A stretch of DNA of 64,000 bases from a virus. Within the stretch, counting starts at the first letter, position 1. Every line of letters starts with the position of its first letter. The stretch lies in IMG/VR virus record IMGVR_UViG_3300017971_000201, positions 1 through 64,000 of that record. The stretch is one strand, 5' to 3'. Shown here in pieces: positions 42,170 through 50,924 of the stretch. A program made the translations under genes and the position numbers. Below the pieces are notes generated by a model. The model searched no databases, had not been told where the DNA came from, and saw only the letters and a list, made by a program, of their open reading frames with translations.

Positions 42170-42663
42170 GCGACCTCCGCTTCCTCCGCCTCCTTCATCT
42201 CCTCGGTCAGCACTGACAGGCCGACCTCGGCGAGAGCTGAGATCACGTCGAGCGGGTAGACGCGCCGGGCCGTGCGCCTGATCGTGCAGACGACCTCCAG
42301 CACCTCCAGCTTGTAGCACCACTTGAGGAGCTGCTTGGACCGGCCGACGATCTTCGAGTACTTGAGCGCTTCGCCAACGCTCTCGAACCGATGGGCAAGC
42401 AGGATGTTCTTCGTGTCGCCCCACTTCCGTCGCGGCCGATACTCGCCGCTGCGGGCGTCCCACCGCTCACCGTCGCTCTCGCTTTCCAGATAGACCATCT
42501 TGTTGATCCACTTGTAGAGAGGCTGGCCGGTCGTCTTCGACTTCAGGCGAACTCTGACGGTCCTGCCGTTCTTCTGCTTCTTCCGCGTCCTGCTGATTCT
42601 CGCCCGCTTGGTGTAACGCAGCACGAAGTACGACTCTCGCGCGTCGGTGATGACCTCAGCCAC
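42166..42663 (-). CDS. Basic hypothetical protein with terminal motif
   Basis: YPLDVISALAEVG. Confidence 0.55.
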   Translation of the reverse strand: MAEVITDARESYFVLRYTKRARISRTRKKQKNGRTVRVRLKSKTTGQPLYKWINKMVYLESESDGERWDARSGEYRPRRKWGDTKNILLAHRFESVGEALKYSKIVGRSKQLLKWCYKLEVLEVVCTIRRTARRVYPLDVISALAEVGLSVLTEEMKEAEEAEVA

Positions 42664-43045
42664 GCTTCTTCCCCTTCTCCGTTTCCGCGAGACGCTTGAC
42701 GATCCACTGGCAGACGTCACCGTTGTGGCGGTAGCAGTCGCCCGACTCGTGACGAAGGAGCAGATCGGCATCGCGCACGATCCCACCGTTCAGGTGCTCG
42801 CGCTTCGGATCGCGGATCTCTAGCAGCTTGCCCTTCCGGCCCTTGCCGGGCCATCGGAGCCGCGACCCCTGGACCTTTCGATCCGTGCTCGTAGTCCAGT
42901 TGCGCAGAGTCACGCGCAGGTCAGGCCGGGTCTTTCGGATGAACTTGACGAGCGTGGTGAGACGGGGCGGGATCGGTTTCTCATTGAACCCCGGCATCCA
43001 CTTGGCGCCGGCCTCGATCCGCTTGCGCAGATCCTCGTCGCTCAT
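42656..43045 (-). CDS. Hypothetical protein
   Basis: Coupled ORF. Confidence 0.5.
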   Translation of the reverse strand: MSDEDLRKRIEAGAKWMPGFNEKPIPPRLTTLVKFIRKTRPDLRVTLRNWTTSTDRKVQGSRLRWPGKGRKGKLLEIRDPKREHLNGGIVRDADLLLRHESGDCYRHNGDVCQWIVKRLAETEKGKKRG

Positions 43046-43320
43046 GACGCCCTCCCTACGGTCGTCTCGAACAGGAACGGGAGCCCGTCGCAGCCAGCAT
43101 CCCAGACGTCCTGGGCAGTGAACGTCGCGGCCCACGCGTCCACGTAGACCGACCACGGGCCGAGGTGGTTGCCATCATCGGCCGCCACGTGCTCGGGCAC
43201 GAAGCGGACCGTCTGATCCTCCTCGACGAACACCAGGAATCCGTCGCCCCACTGCGGGTGCGTCGCGGTCATCAGGCCCCAGTCTTCGACGTGTCCCAGC
43301 TTCACGAGTAGCGCTCCCAC
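43042..43320 (-). CDS. Hypothetical protein
   Basis: Coupled ORF. Confidence 0.45.
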   Translation of the reverse strand: MGALLVKLGHVEDWGLMTATHPQWGDGFLVFVEEDQTVRFVPEHVAADDGNHLGPWSVYVDAWAATFTAQDVWDAGCDGLPFLFETTVGRAS

Positions 43321-44132
43321 GGCTCGAGCTGCCTGGCGTAGCGCCCGCGATTCCGCCCTCGACGCTCGCGCCGGAACAGCCGGCCCAGCTCGTCGTGGAA
43401 GCGGCGCGGATCGAAGGTCGTGTCCGAGTCGCGGGCCTGGTCGCCGTACGGGACCGTGATCGGCTCGAGCTGCTCGTCATCCTTCTCGTTGCTCACGATG
43501 ACCGCGTGGATCCGGCGGAAGCCTTCGCCGTCGATCCCGATCGCGTGCTCGTAGCGTGCGATCTCCCGGTGGCTCTCGTGCCCGAACACGATCGTGCCCC
43601 AGCGACCGTCGTAGACCTCGGCCCAGAACACGTCGCTCATCATGGTGCCAGGCAGCTCGTAGTAGCGGTCGTCGAGATAGCGCGTGCGGAGCATGTAGTC
43701 GCCGCCGATCTCGGGCGTCGCCATGTGCGGCGTGACCCCACCGTGGACGCAGAACAGGTCCAGCTCGTGGACCACGATGTATCGCGGGAGCGTCTCCATC
43801 CAGTCCAGCTCGGCTCGGGTGAGCTGCTGGTAGAGGCGGCGATCCTCGGGTGTCGGGATACGGTCGCGGCCCGGCTTGGGCACCCGCCGGCGGATCCGCA
43901 CGTAGGCATCCTCGTGGTTGCCGCTGATCACCTCGAGCGAGTGAAGCTCGCCGGACCTGGCTCGGAACTGCCAGGTCATCGCAATGCGGAGGCACGCCTT
44001 GGATTCAGGACCACGGTCGACCAGGTCGCCGAGCAGGATGATGCGGTCGACGCCTCGCTCTTCCAGCTCGCCGATCATCTCGGCCAGCTCGCGGGCGTGT
44101 CCGTGAACATCTCCTATGATCCCTACTCGCAC
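43302..44132 (-). CDS. Metallophosphoesterase (PPP/ApaH-like)
   Basis: GDVHG, GDLVDRG, GNHE, VHGG, FGH. Confidence 0.9.
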   Translation of the reverse strand: MRVGIIGDVHGHARELAEMIGELEERGVDRIILLGDLVDRGPESKACLRIAMTWQFRARSGELHSLEVISGNHEDAYVRIRRRVPKPGRDRIPTPEDRRLYQQLTRAELDWMETLPRYIVVHELDLFCVHGGVTPHMATPEIGGDYMLRTRYLDDRYYELPGTMMSDVFWAEVYDGRWGTIVFGHESHREIARYEHAIGIDGEGFRRIHAVIVSNEKDDEQLEPITVPYGDQARDSDTTFDPRRFHDELGRLFRRERRGRNRGRYARQLEPWERYS

Positions 44133-44410
44133 TAGTCAGCCTCCTTCGCCATTGCGGCCAGCTCCTCGTCGGTCTTCCGCCGCCACGTCCGCTTCTCACG
44201 GATGTCGAGTCCCAGGTGCCGCCTCATGATGTAGAGGGCGCGCGTGGTGAGCTGGCTGGGGGTGTTGAGCACCGCGCTCCGGTCGGCCGGGAAGTACACG
44301 ATCGACCGCTCGCTGTTCGTGACGTAGACCTTGCGCTCGTCGATCTGGACGGTGTAGCCGGCCAGCTCGGCATCGCGCAGTAGCCGTTGGAACGGCTTGG
44401 TTAAGGTCAT
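44132..44410 (-). CDS. Hypothetical protein
   Basis: ggagg RBS; follows the repeated motif. Confidence 0.55.
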   Translation of the reverse strand: MTLTKPFQRLLRDAELAGYTVQIDERKVYVTNSERSIVYFPADRSAVLNTPSQLTTRALYIMRRHLGLDIREKRTWRRKTDEELAAMAKEAD

Positions 44411-44414
44411 CTGT

Positions 44415-44454
44415 CCTCCTCATCTCTCTCAACAACCTCGCCGGCTGTTCTCAC
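44415..44454 (-). promoter_or_regulatory. Repeated motif copy 2
   Basis: gtgagaa-N11-gttgttgagagagatgaggagg. Confidence 0.7.
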
Positions 44455-44714
44455 ACGCCAATCCTCGCTCCTCCGGCAAGTGCGGCGAGTCGCTCGATGG
44501 CGCTCACCTCGGTGATCTCGTCGGGCTGCGCCCAGTCGCGGAAGCCGTACTCGCCGCGCCAGCGCACGAGCACCGCCTCGCCCGGCCACGACGTGCGCAG
44601 CACCTTACCCCGCATCTTCCGCTGATCGTCGCTGAGGCTGTTGCCGAGGTCGTTCTCGAGCCACCGGACGATCGTGCCCTTCTCGAAGACGATCTCGTCC
44701 ATCGGGTCGCTCAC
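44451..44714 (-). CDS. Small SH3-like protein with SAVDRL-type motif
   Basis: GTIVRW..RGKVL..VLVRW..EVSAIERLAALAG. Confidence 0.6.
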   Translation of the reverse strand: MSDPMDEIVFEKGTIVRWLENDLGNSLSDDQRKMRGKVLRTSWPGEAVLVRWRGEYGFRDWAQPDEITEVSAIERLAALAGGARIGV

Positions 44715-45739
44715 GCGCTCACCTCGTGAAGCCGCTCGGCCAGGTTGGCGAGGTAGGAGCTGTCTTCGACCCGCTCGATCCAGTCGGCCGGCACGCCGCG
44801 CTCCTCGTCGAGACCCCACCAGGCCCCTGCGAGAGCGCCGGCGATGCAGCCGATCGAGTCGGAGTCGCCGACCGTGTTGGCGCCGTAGCGCACGGTCTCG
44901 ACGTACCCCTCGCCGCGCTCGTGGGCGAGCAGGAAGCAGTAGAGCGAGCTGGCCAGGGCCTCGTCGCCGTGCCAGCTCTCGCCGAGGCCGCCCTCGAACG
45001 TCTGGACATCCCAGGGCTCGACCTCGCCGTTCACCGTCGCCTCGACGGCCGCCGGCACGCGGTCGAGGAGCTGCCGCAGGTTCTCGTCCAGGTCGTCGCC
45101 CGCGAAGTGCGCCAGCGTGATCATGAGGTTCTCGGGCTCGACCTGGCCAGTCGCCAGAAGGTGGACGGCGAGCGCACCCAGCTGCGCGGCCTGCCACGCC
45201 GACGGGTGCCCGTGCGTGCAGATCGCCTGGGCCTTCGCGATCTCGAGGATCGTCTCGGGCTTGTCGTAGACCAGGCCGACCGGCGCGGTTCGCATCACGC
45301 CGCCGCAGCCCTTCGAGCGCTTGATGCCGCTCTCGAGCCAGTGAGCACCGCTCTCGAGGTTCCGGCAGCCGCCCATGCACGTGCTCCCGGGCGCGCGGCC
45401 AGACTGGTCGGAGCGCAGCCACATGATGAGGTGCCTCACCACGACCGGCATCACGAAGTGAGGATCGGACATGTCGGCCGTGCAGACCGGGTGCCCCAGC
45501 AGGCGCGCCTCAGCTCGCGCGCGCTTGACCTCGCCCGCCGCGTCGATCAGCCCCTCGGCGATGGCGATCGTCATGCACGTGTCGTCCGTGAAGTGGCCAT
45601 CAGTCTGGACCAGGTTGCGGATCCCCGCCTGACCGAACCGACGGCGGATCCCCTCCATCCCCATGAACTCGGTCGGCGCGCCGAGGGCGTCGCCGCACGC
45701 GAGTCCGTAGAGCACGGCCTTGATGGTGTTGAGGTGCAT
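44711..45739 (-). CDS. ADP-ribosylglycohydrolase
   Basis: GDALGAPTEF, FTDDT, GCGGVMR, THGHP, GDSDSIGCIAGAL. Confidence 0.92.
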   Translation of the reverse strand: MHLNTIKAVLYGLACGDALGAPTEFMGMEGIRRRFGQAGIRNLVQTDGHFTDDTCMTIAIAEGLIDAAGEVKRARAEARLLGHPVCTADMSDPHFVMPVVVRHLIMWLRSDQSGRAPGSTCMGGCRNLESGAHWLESGIKRSKGCGGVMRTAPVGLVYDKPETILEIAKAQAICTHGHPSAWQAAQLGALAVHLLATGQVEPENLMITLAHFAGDDLDENLRQLLDRVPAAVEATVNGEVEPWDVQTFEGGLGESWHGDEALASSLYCFLLAHERGEGYVETVRYGANTVGDSDSIGCIAGALAGAWWGLDEERGVPADWIERVEDSSYLANLAERLHEVSA

Positions 45740-46005
45740 CAGATCTCTCCGTTCCAGGCGAGGCAGTTCTCGCTGCCATCGCACGCTTCGAGTCCTTCGT
45801 TCATGCGCTCTCGCAGGTCCCGCCAGACCTCGACTGAGCACTCATCAGGGGCCTGTGAGGAGACCAGCTCGTGCACGCCGCTGTAGGCGAAGTGGAAGCC
45901 GTCGGGGGCGGTGACCGTGACCTCGATACCGTCCAGGTGACGGCCCTGATCGACCACGGCCCCGAGATCGGCGGCCATCTTCAGCACTCGCTGCTTGGGT
46001 GTCAC
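45739..46005 (-). CDS. Hypothetical protein
   Basis: Follows motif copy 3. Confidence 0.55.
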   Translation of the reverse strand: MTPKQRVLKMAADLGAVVDQGRHLDGIEVTVTAPDGFHFAYSGVHELVSSQAPDECSVEVWRDLRERMNEGLEACDGSENCLAWNGEI

Positions 46006-46010
46006 GCGAT

Positions 46011-46170
46011 CCTCCTTCATCCCTCTCAACAACCTCACCTCCTGTTCTCACGGTTCTACCCAGGACCGGTCCGGCGCGGCCCGGAAGCCTGGGTATAACC
46101 CCTGATAGCCCAGCAACATCGGATTTCCGTGTGAGAACCGAGAGCGGAGTTGTTGGGAGGGGTGAAGGAG
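46011..46170. promoter_or_regulatory. Divergent regulatory region with motif copies 3 (-) and 4 (+)
   Basis: 46011-46051 on minus and 46131-46170 on plus, plus GGGTAGAAC (46053) and GGGTATAAC (46091). Confidence 0.7.
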
Positions 46171-46177
46171 GAGTCAA

Positions 46178-47026
46178 GTGGGACTCAAGAAGGTCAGCAA
46201 GAAGACGCTCGCGAAGAAGACGCTCACGGACGGGATCCAGGTCCCCTGGAACCTGTGCCTCGACTACCTGCTCGCCGGGCGGGCGGTCGTCACGCTCGTT
46301 GACGTTGCCACCACCAAGCGGCACACCTACTTCGTCTCCCGCGCCGTGGACGAGGTGAAACAGGACGACGGGACGACCAAGGAGATCGAGAAGGACCGCT
46401 GGTTCGTCCACGTGCTCCACGGCTCCGGCGTCAGCCGGCGCTACTCCTACATCGGCGTGATCGACGACGTGCACGGCGTCCGCCGGTTCCGCACCACGAA
46501 TGGGACCAAGACGGCCGCGACCGCCGAGAACATCAACCTGATCGGCGACACGACCAAGTGGCTCGTGGACGGCACCGACGCGTCCCACAAGATCAAGTTC
46601 TGGCACCGTGGCTTCTGCGCTCGCTGCTGCGCGGAGCTGACCGTGCCCGAGTCGATCGCGACCGGCTTCGGCCCGGTCTGCGCCGCCACGATGGGGATCG
46701 AGATGAAGAAGGTCGCGCCGAGCGCGATCGAGAAGCTCGCCGCGCTCTCGCCGGTCGAGGGCGAGGGCGAGCCGGCGCCGGTCGAGGAGGCGCCCAAGCC
46801 GATGGCCCAGGTGGTCAAGGACGCCTTCGACGCACTCGAGGTCGAGACGGACTGCGGACACGAGCCCGAGGCGCCCAAGGAGAAGGCCGCCAAGGTCGTC
46901 GAGCTGCCGGCCGCCGATCCGCTGCGGCCCGTGGCCGAGGCACTGGCCAGCATGAGCGTGGACGAGATCCACGCGTGGCTGAAGCAGCTCATGCCCGCCG
47001 CGCCGGCCAAGAAGGAGACGGCGTGA
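46178..47026 (+). CDS. DUF6011 Zn-finger protein
   Basis: CARCCAELTVPESIATGFGPVCA; APSAIEKLAAL. Confidence 0.75.
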   Translation: MGLKKVSKKTLAKKTLTDGIQVPWNLCLDYLLAGRAVVTLVDVATTKRHTYFVSRAVDEVKQDDGTTKEIEKDRWFVHVLHGSGVSRRYSYIGVIDDVHGVRRFRTTNGTKTAATAENINLIGDTTKWLVDGTDASHKIKFWHRGFCARCCAELTVPESIATGFGPVCAATMGIEMKKVAPSAIEKLAALSPVEGEGEPAPVEEAPKPMAQVVKDAFDALEVETDCGHEPEAPKEKAAKVVELPAADPLRPVAEALASMSVDEIHAWLKQLMPAAPAKKETA

Positions 47027-47143
47027 GCGCCGCTACAGGAACCACGCTGGGGCTCGTCCGCAAGGGAGGCGAGTCCCGGCCCGGAAGTCACCGCTACCAA
47101 CCTGAGAAGGCGGGGTAGAACCTACCCCAGGAGAGGATGTCCA

Positions 47144-47857
47144 GTGCCCAAGCTGCTCTTGACCAGCTACAAGTTCTACGACGCGATCGTGGGGCGGGTC
47201 AGCGCCGACCTGGCCGAATGGCTGCACGATCATGAGAAGAAGTGGAAGACCCAGGTTCGCTGGGATCTCCCCGACGACGACGCGAGCCGCGCCGAGGAAC
47301 TCGTGAGCGTCCTGTCGTCGCTCGCGGCCGATCCGAAGACGACCGGCAAGCGCGGGAAGGCCATCGACCGCCTGATCAGCGAGATCCGGGACGTGTACCC
47401 GGAGCCTGCGCCCGCTGCGGCGGCTGAGCCCGAGCTGGGCGAGGTGATCGAGGAGATCCTGAGCGGCAAGCGGGACGCCGGGATCCTGAGCGGCGATGGG
47501 GTCGACCCTGTCGCGCTCGATCCCGAGTCTCAGGCCCTCCTCGACGCCTCGATCGAGAACCTCCAGGCGGCCGGAATCGGCGTCGACTCGATCGAGATCC
47601 AGGCCGAGGATGGGACGACCATCCTCAAGGCCGAGGTTCCGAGCACGGCCGGCGACCAGGCGGCCTCCCAGGAGCCCGTGGAGGCGCCCCAGGCGCCCGA
47701 AGAGGTCGCGCAGGACTCGAAGGTCGAGCCGGCCGAGAAGGTCGCTCAGAAGGCCCCGCAGGCCGCTCCCGAGCCGGTCGCCCCCGCCGCGCCCCCGCCC
47801 CAGAAGCGGGCCGGCTACCTCCTCGCCGAGCTGTTCAACTCGCTCAACGGGGGTTAG
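47144..47857 (+). CDS. Acidic hypothetical protein
   Basis: ORF with RBS. Confidence 0.6.
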   Translation: MPKLLLTSYKFYDAIVGRVSADLAEWLHDHEKKWKTQVRWDLPDDDASRAEELVSVLSSLAADPKTTGKRGKAIDRLISEIRDVYPEPAPAAAAEPELGEVIEEILSGKRDAGILSGDGVDPVALDPESQALLDASIENLQAAGIGVDSIEIQAEDGTTILKAEVPSTAGDQAASQEPVEAPQAPEEVAQDSKVEPAEKVAQKAPQAAPEPVAPAAPPPQKRAGYLLAELFNSLNGG

Positions 47858-47867
47858 GCGTAAACCA

Positions 47868-48443
47868 TTGATCTTCGAGAACTTGACGAGCTGGAACACC
47901 GAGGATCTGCGCCAGGTCTTGGACCTGGCGCTCTCCGTTGCCAACGACCGGGGCAAGAAGATCGTCCTCCGGGTGGACACCCCGATCGTGGCCCGCCACT
48001 ACACGGCCCGGAAGGGGCTGGTCGCGGCTACCTTCCACCGCGAGACCCGGTCGTGCATCCTCCGGCTCCGCCGGCCCGGCCGGGTGGAGGTCGAGGCCGT
48101 AGACGCGCTCGCGAGCATCGCGGACGGAGGGATCGGCCGGATGCCCCGCGCCATGGTCGAGTACATCTTCCTGGCCGGGGTTGCGCTGGCGACGGGCCGG
48201 TCCTACCGAGACGGCTGGCTCCAGTTCGCCGACCGGATCGGGCCGCCGCCTCCCGAGCTGGCCCACCTCCGGGTCCGCGCCTCGCGCACCAGACACCGGC
48301 GAGCGCCCGCGTGGCTCGGTCGCCAGCTGGAAGCGGCCGAGCGCGAGATGGCCCGCATCCACGATCGCTGGAAGAGCGAGGTCGGGTTCCAGCAGCAGAA
48401 GATCGACGCGATCAAGAAGAAGCTCGCCAGCGCCCAGGACTAA
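47868..48443 (+). CDS. Hypothetical protein
   Basis: FENLTSWNTEDLR; EAVDALASIAD. Confidence 0.55.
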   Translation: MIFENLTSWNTEDLRQVLDLALSVANDRGKKIVLRVDTPIVARHYTARKGLVAATFHRETRSCILRLRRPGRVEVEAVDALASIADGGIGRMPRAMVEYIFLAGVALATGRSYRDGWLQFADRIGPPPPELAHLRVRASRTRHRRAPAWLGRQLEAAEREMARIHDRWKSEVGFQQQKIDAIKKKLASAQD

Positions 48444-48581
48444 GAGAGAACGCGAGCGCCCTCTCGAGCGCCCGCGTCCTCTGTGGGGTAAAGGTAGGTC
48501 AGTAGCCAAACGAGGGCGCCCCGCATACACGGGAACGCCCTCGTGAAAGGAGGTTCATAAAGCCGACTAGGAGGGCCGCCC

Positions 48582-49040
48582 CTAGTAGATGCCCTGGACC
48601 TTGGCGTTGGCGTTGGCTGCCGACGTGGCCGGGTGGCTGTGACGCCGGGCGGTGAGCCAGCCGTTCCAGGTCGCGCCCTCGACGGTGATGTTGCCCGCCG
48701 GGGACTTCATGTGGAGCTGGATCTGGTGCTCGCCCTGGATGAGGCGGACGGTACGCTCGAGGACGAGCGCGTCCTCCTGGTCGGCGACCGAGGGCATCGA
48801 CTTCCGCACCAGCCCATCGGTGAGCGGGGCCATGTCGATTCCGTCCACGAAGAAGGTGGCGTCGACCATGCCGTCTCCCGCGCTGTGGGACAGCGTGAGG
48901 AACGCCTTGAGGTCGATGAGCATCTCCTCTTCCTCGACGGTGAACTTGAGCGACGAGATGAGGCTCGCGCCCGTGGTGTAGTTGAACGCGGTGATGCCGG
49001 TAAGGACGACATCGGCAGTGATCGGAGCTTCGCCGAGCAT
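48582..49040 (-). CDS. Putative virion protein
   Basis: Beta-rich; end of structural operon. Confidence 0.5.
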   Translation of the reverse strand: MLGEAPITADVVLTGITAFNYTTGASLISSLKFTVEEEEMLIDLKAFLTLSHSAGDGMVDATFFVDGIDMAPLTDGLVRKSMPSVADQEDALVLERTVRLIQGEHQIQLHMKSPAGNITVEGATWNGWLTARRHSHPATSAANANAKVQGIY

Positions 49041-49111
49041 GATTCTCTCCCTGTCTTCCTGTGTGCTTCTACGCTGTCGCGCGGAGGTTCAGTTCAGCTG
49101 GCCGGCCAGCC

Positions 49112-49684
49112 TTACGGCTTGCCGGTGTCGCCCTGGTTGAGGCCGAGCTTGTAGTTGGCCGTGATGACCTGGTCGTTGAGCGCGCCGCCGGAGTTGTTGT
49201 AGAGGGTCATGCGGATGAACTCGCCCTCGCGGAGTGTGATTCCGGGGAAGCTCCGCACGGAGGTCGCGACCACCGCGTGCGGCTCGCCCATCAGGTCGAG
49301 GAACGCGTCGCTCGCGGTCGGAAGCACGTCGGTGTCGAAGTTGACGATGTAGCGGATGTGCGCGATGTTCGTCGGTGCTCCCGTGGGGAACAGCGCGGTC
49401 TCCGCGCTTGCCACGGCCTTCTGGGCCGGCGGCAGCATCTTCATGATCTCGATCGTCCGGCAGTAGACGTTCGCGAGCTTCAGCGTGGCGGGCAGCTCGA
49501 CGGTGCAGTGCCCAGCGCTGTACTCGTCGCGAGCCGGCGGCGCGATCACGTGATCCGCGTTCTCCGCGTAGGGAACCGGCGCCGGATCGGTGGTCTGCGG
49601 ACGGGGAATGTCGAAGGTCGTCGCGGCAGTGTTCGGGAAGCTCGCCGTGACGGCCGTAGTCGCCTGAATCCTGGTAACGGTCAT
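49112..49684 (-). CDS. Putative virion protein
   Basis: Thr/Ala-rich; ggag RBS. Confidence 0.5.
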   Translation of the reverse strand: MTVTRIQATTAVTASFPNTAATTFDIPRPQTTDPAPVPYAENADHVIAPPARDEYSAGHCTVELPATLKLANVYCRTIEIMKMLPPAQKAVASAETALFPTGAPTNIAHIRYIVNFDTDVLPTASDAFLDLMGEPHAVVATSVRSFPGITLREGEFIRMTLYNNSGGALNDQVITANYKLGLNQGDTGKP

Positions 49685-49802
49685 CTCTTGCTCCTTGCGA
49701 GACGGAACCTCTACGTCAGGGTGACATTCTAGGCCCGTCGAGTTGGGGGGTCAAGCCGATTAGAACGTGTCCTTCTGTGCCTTCTGCGGGTTCTCTGCTG
49801 GT

Positions 49803-50915
49803 CTACACGGTGTACTCGAAAGCCGCAACCAGCTGACCGGCGAAGATGCTCGAGTAGGCTGCGGTCGCCCCGGAGGTACCTCCGGTAAGCGTCTCAGCAG
49901 CAGTGAACTGGCCGGATACGTCGACCACTCTCAAGAAACCGTCCTTCACAGCAGCAACAACAGCTGTCGCACCCGAGGTTTCTCCTGTGATCGTCTCCTG
50001 CTCTTGGAACGGGCCGTCGGTCACCTCACCATGATTGATCCTGGTACCGCGCCGGCCGTTGCTGTTCTCCACCGTCACAGCTACTGCGCCGTCCATGCCC
50101 GGAGTACCTAGAGTCGCCCTTGCCGCAGACGTACCGCCGAGGATTTCCTCCCCGTCCGACATATCACCTGAGAACGTGTCGCACCTGAGCGGGGCCGTCT
50201 CCTTCACGACAGCGGTCGACGACGAGGTCTGCCCGGTGACCGTCTCGTACTCCGAGAACGCTGGGATGGTCGGGTCGGCGTCGAGGTCGGCCGAAGCGCT
50301 CGACGTGCCGCCTGTGATTGTCTCCCCATCCTCGAAAGCGCCAGAGACGGCCTTCACCATGAGATAGCCCGACTCAACCTGCGTCACCTCGCCGGTGGCT
50401 GCGCTGGTGCCGCCCGTGATGTCCTCGCCGACCTGGAAGGGGCCGTCGGTGACGGTACCGTGAGACAGCTTCGTATGCTGGTCGACCACGTCCAGCTTGA
50501 TCTTCCCTGCTGGCGTGTCGACGGTGAGCTGGGTACCGCTGTCGACGCCCACGCCGGTCCCTGGAACGCCGTCGAACTTCACCACAGGGTCTTCTACGTC
50601 GAAGGCGTGCCCGTGGACGGTCACCTCGGTACCGCCAGCAGTACCGCCGCTCACGCTACCGCTGATCGAGTCGATCCTCGGCTTGGACTTGTTCTCGAAC
50701 TCGACGTTGCCGTCCTCCGAAGCCGGCATCCCGTCATCGCTCACGACGACCTCTCCGCCGCACACGTCGCACGGGAGCTTGATCGGGCTCGAGCTATTCG
50801 CGTTGTTCTTCCAGCTCTGGCAGAACCTCTCGCTGGTCAGATGCGGAGGCCGGGTCGCAGTGAGGAGCACCTTGCACCCGTAGAGACACGACAACTGGAT
50901 CTGGTCGACCGACAT
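49803..50915 (-). CDS. IPT/TIG-domain virion protein with internal repeats
   Basis: PRIDSI..GGTAGGTEVTVHG..F; repeated F..GE.ITGGTS.ATA. Confidence 0.7.
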   Translation of the reverse strand: MSVDQIQLSCLYGCKVLLTATRPPHLTSERFCQSWKNNANSSSPIKLPCDVCGGEVVVSDDGMPASEDGNVEFENKSKPRIDSISGSVSGGTAGGTEVTVHGHAFDVEDPVVKFDGVPGTGVGVDSGTQLTVDTPAGKIKLDVVDQHTKLSHGTVTDGPFQVGEDITGGTSAATGEVTQVESGYLMVKAVSGAFEDGETITGGTSSASADLDADPTIPAFSEYETVTGQTSSSTAVVKETAPLRCDTFSGDMSDGEEILGGTSAARATLGTPGMDGAVAVTVENSNGRRGTRINHGEVTDGPFQEQETITGETSGATAVVAAVKDGFLRVVDVSGQFTAAETLTGGTSGATAAYSSIFAGQLVAAFEYTV

Positions 50916-50924
50916 CGCTACCTC

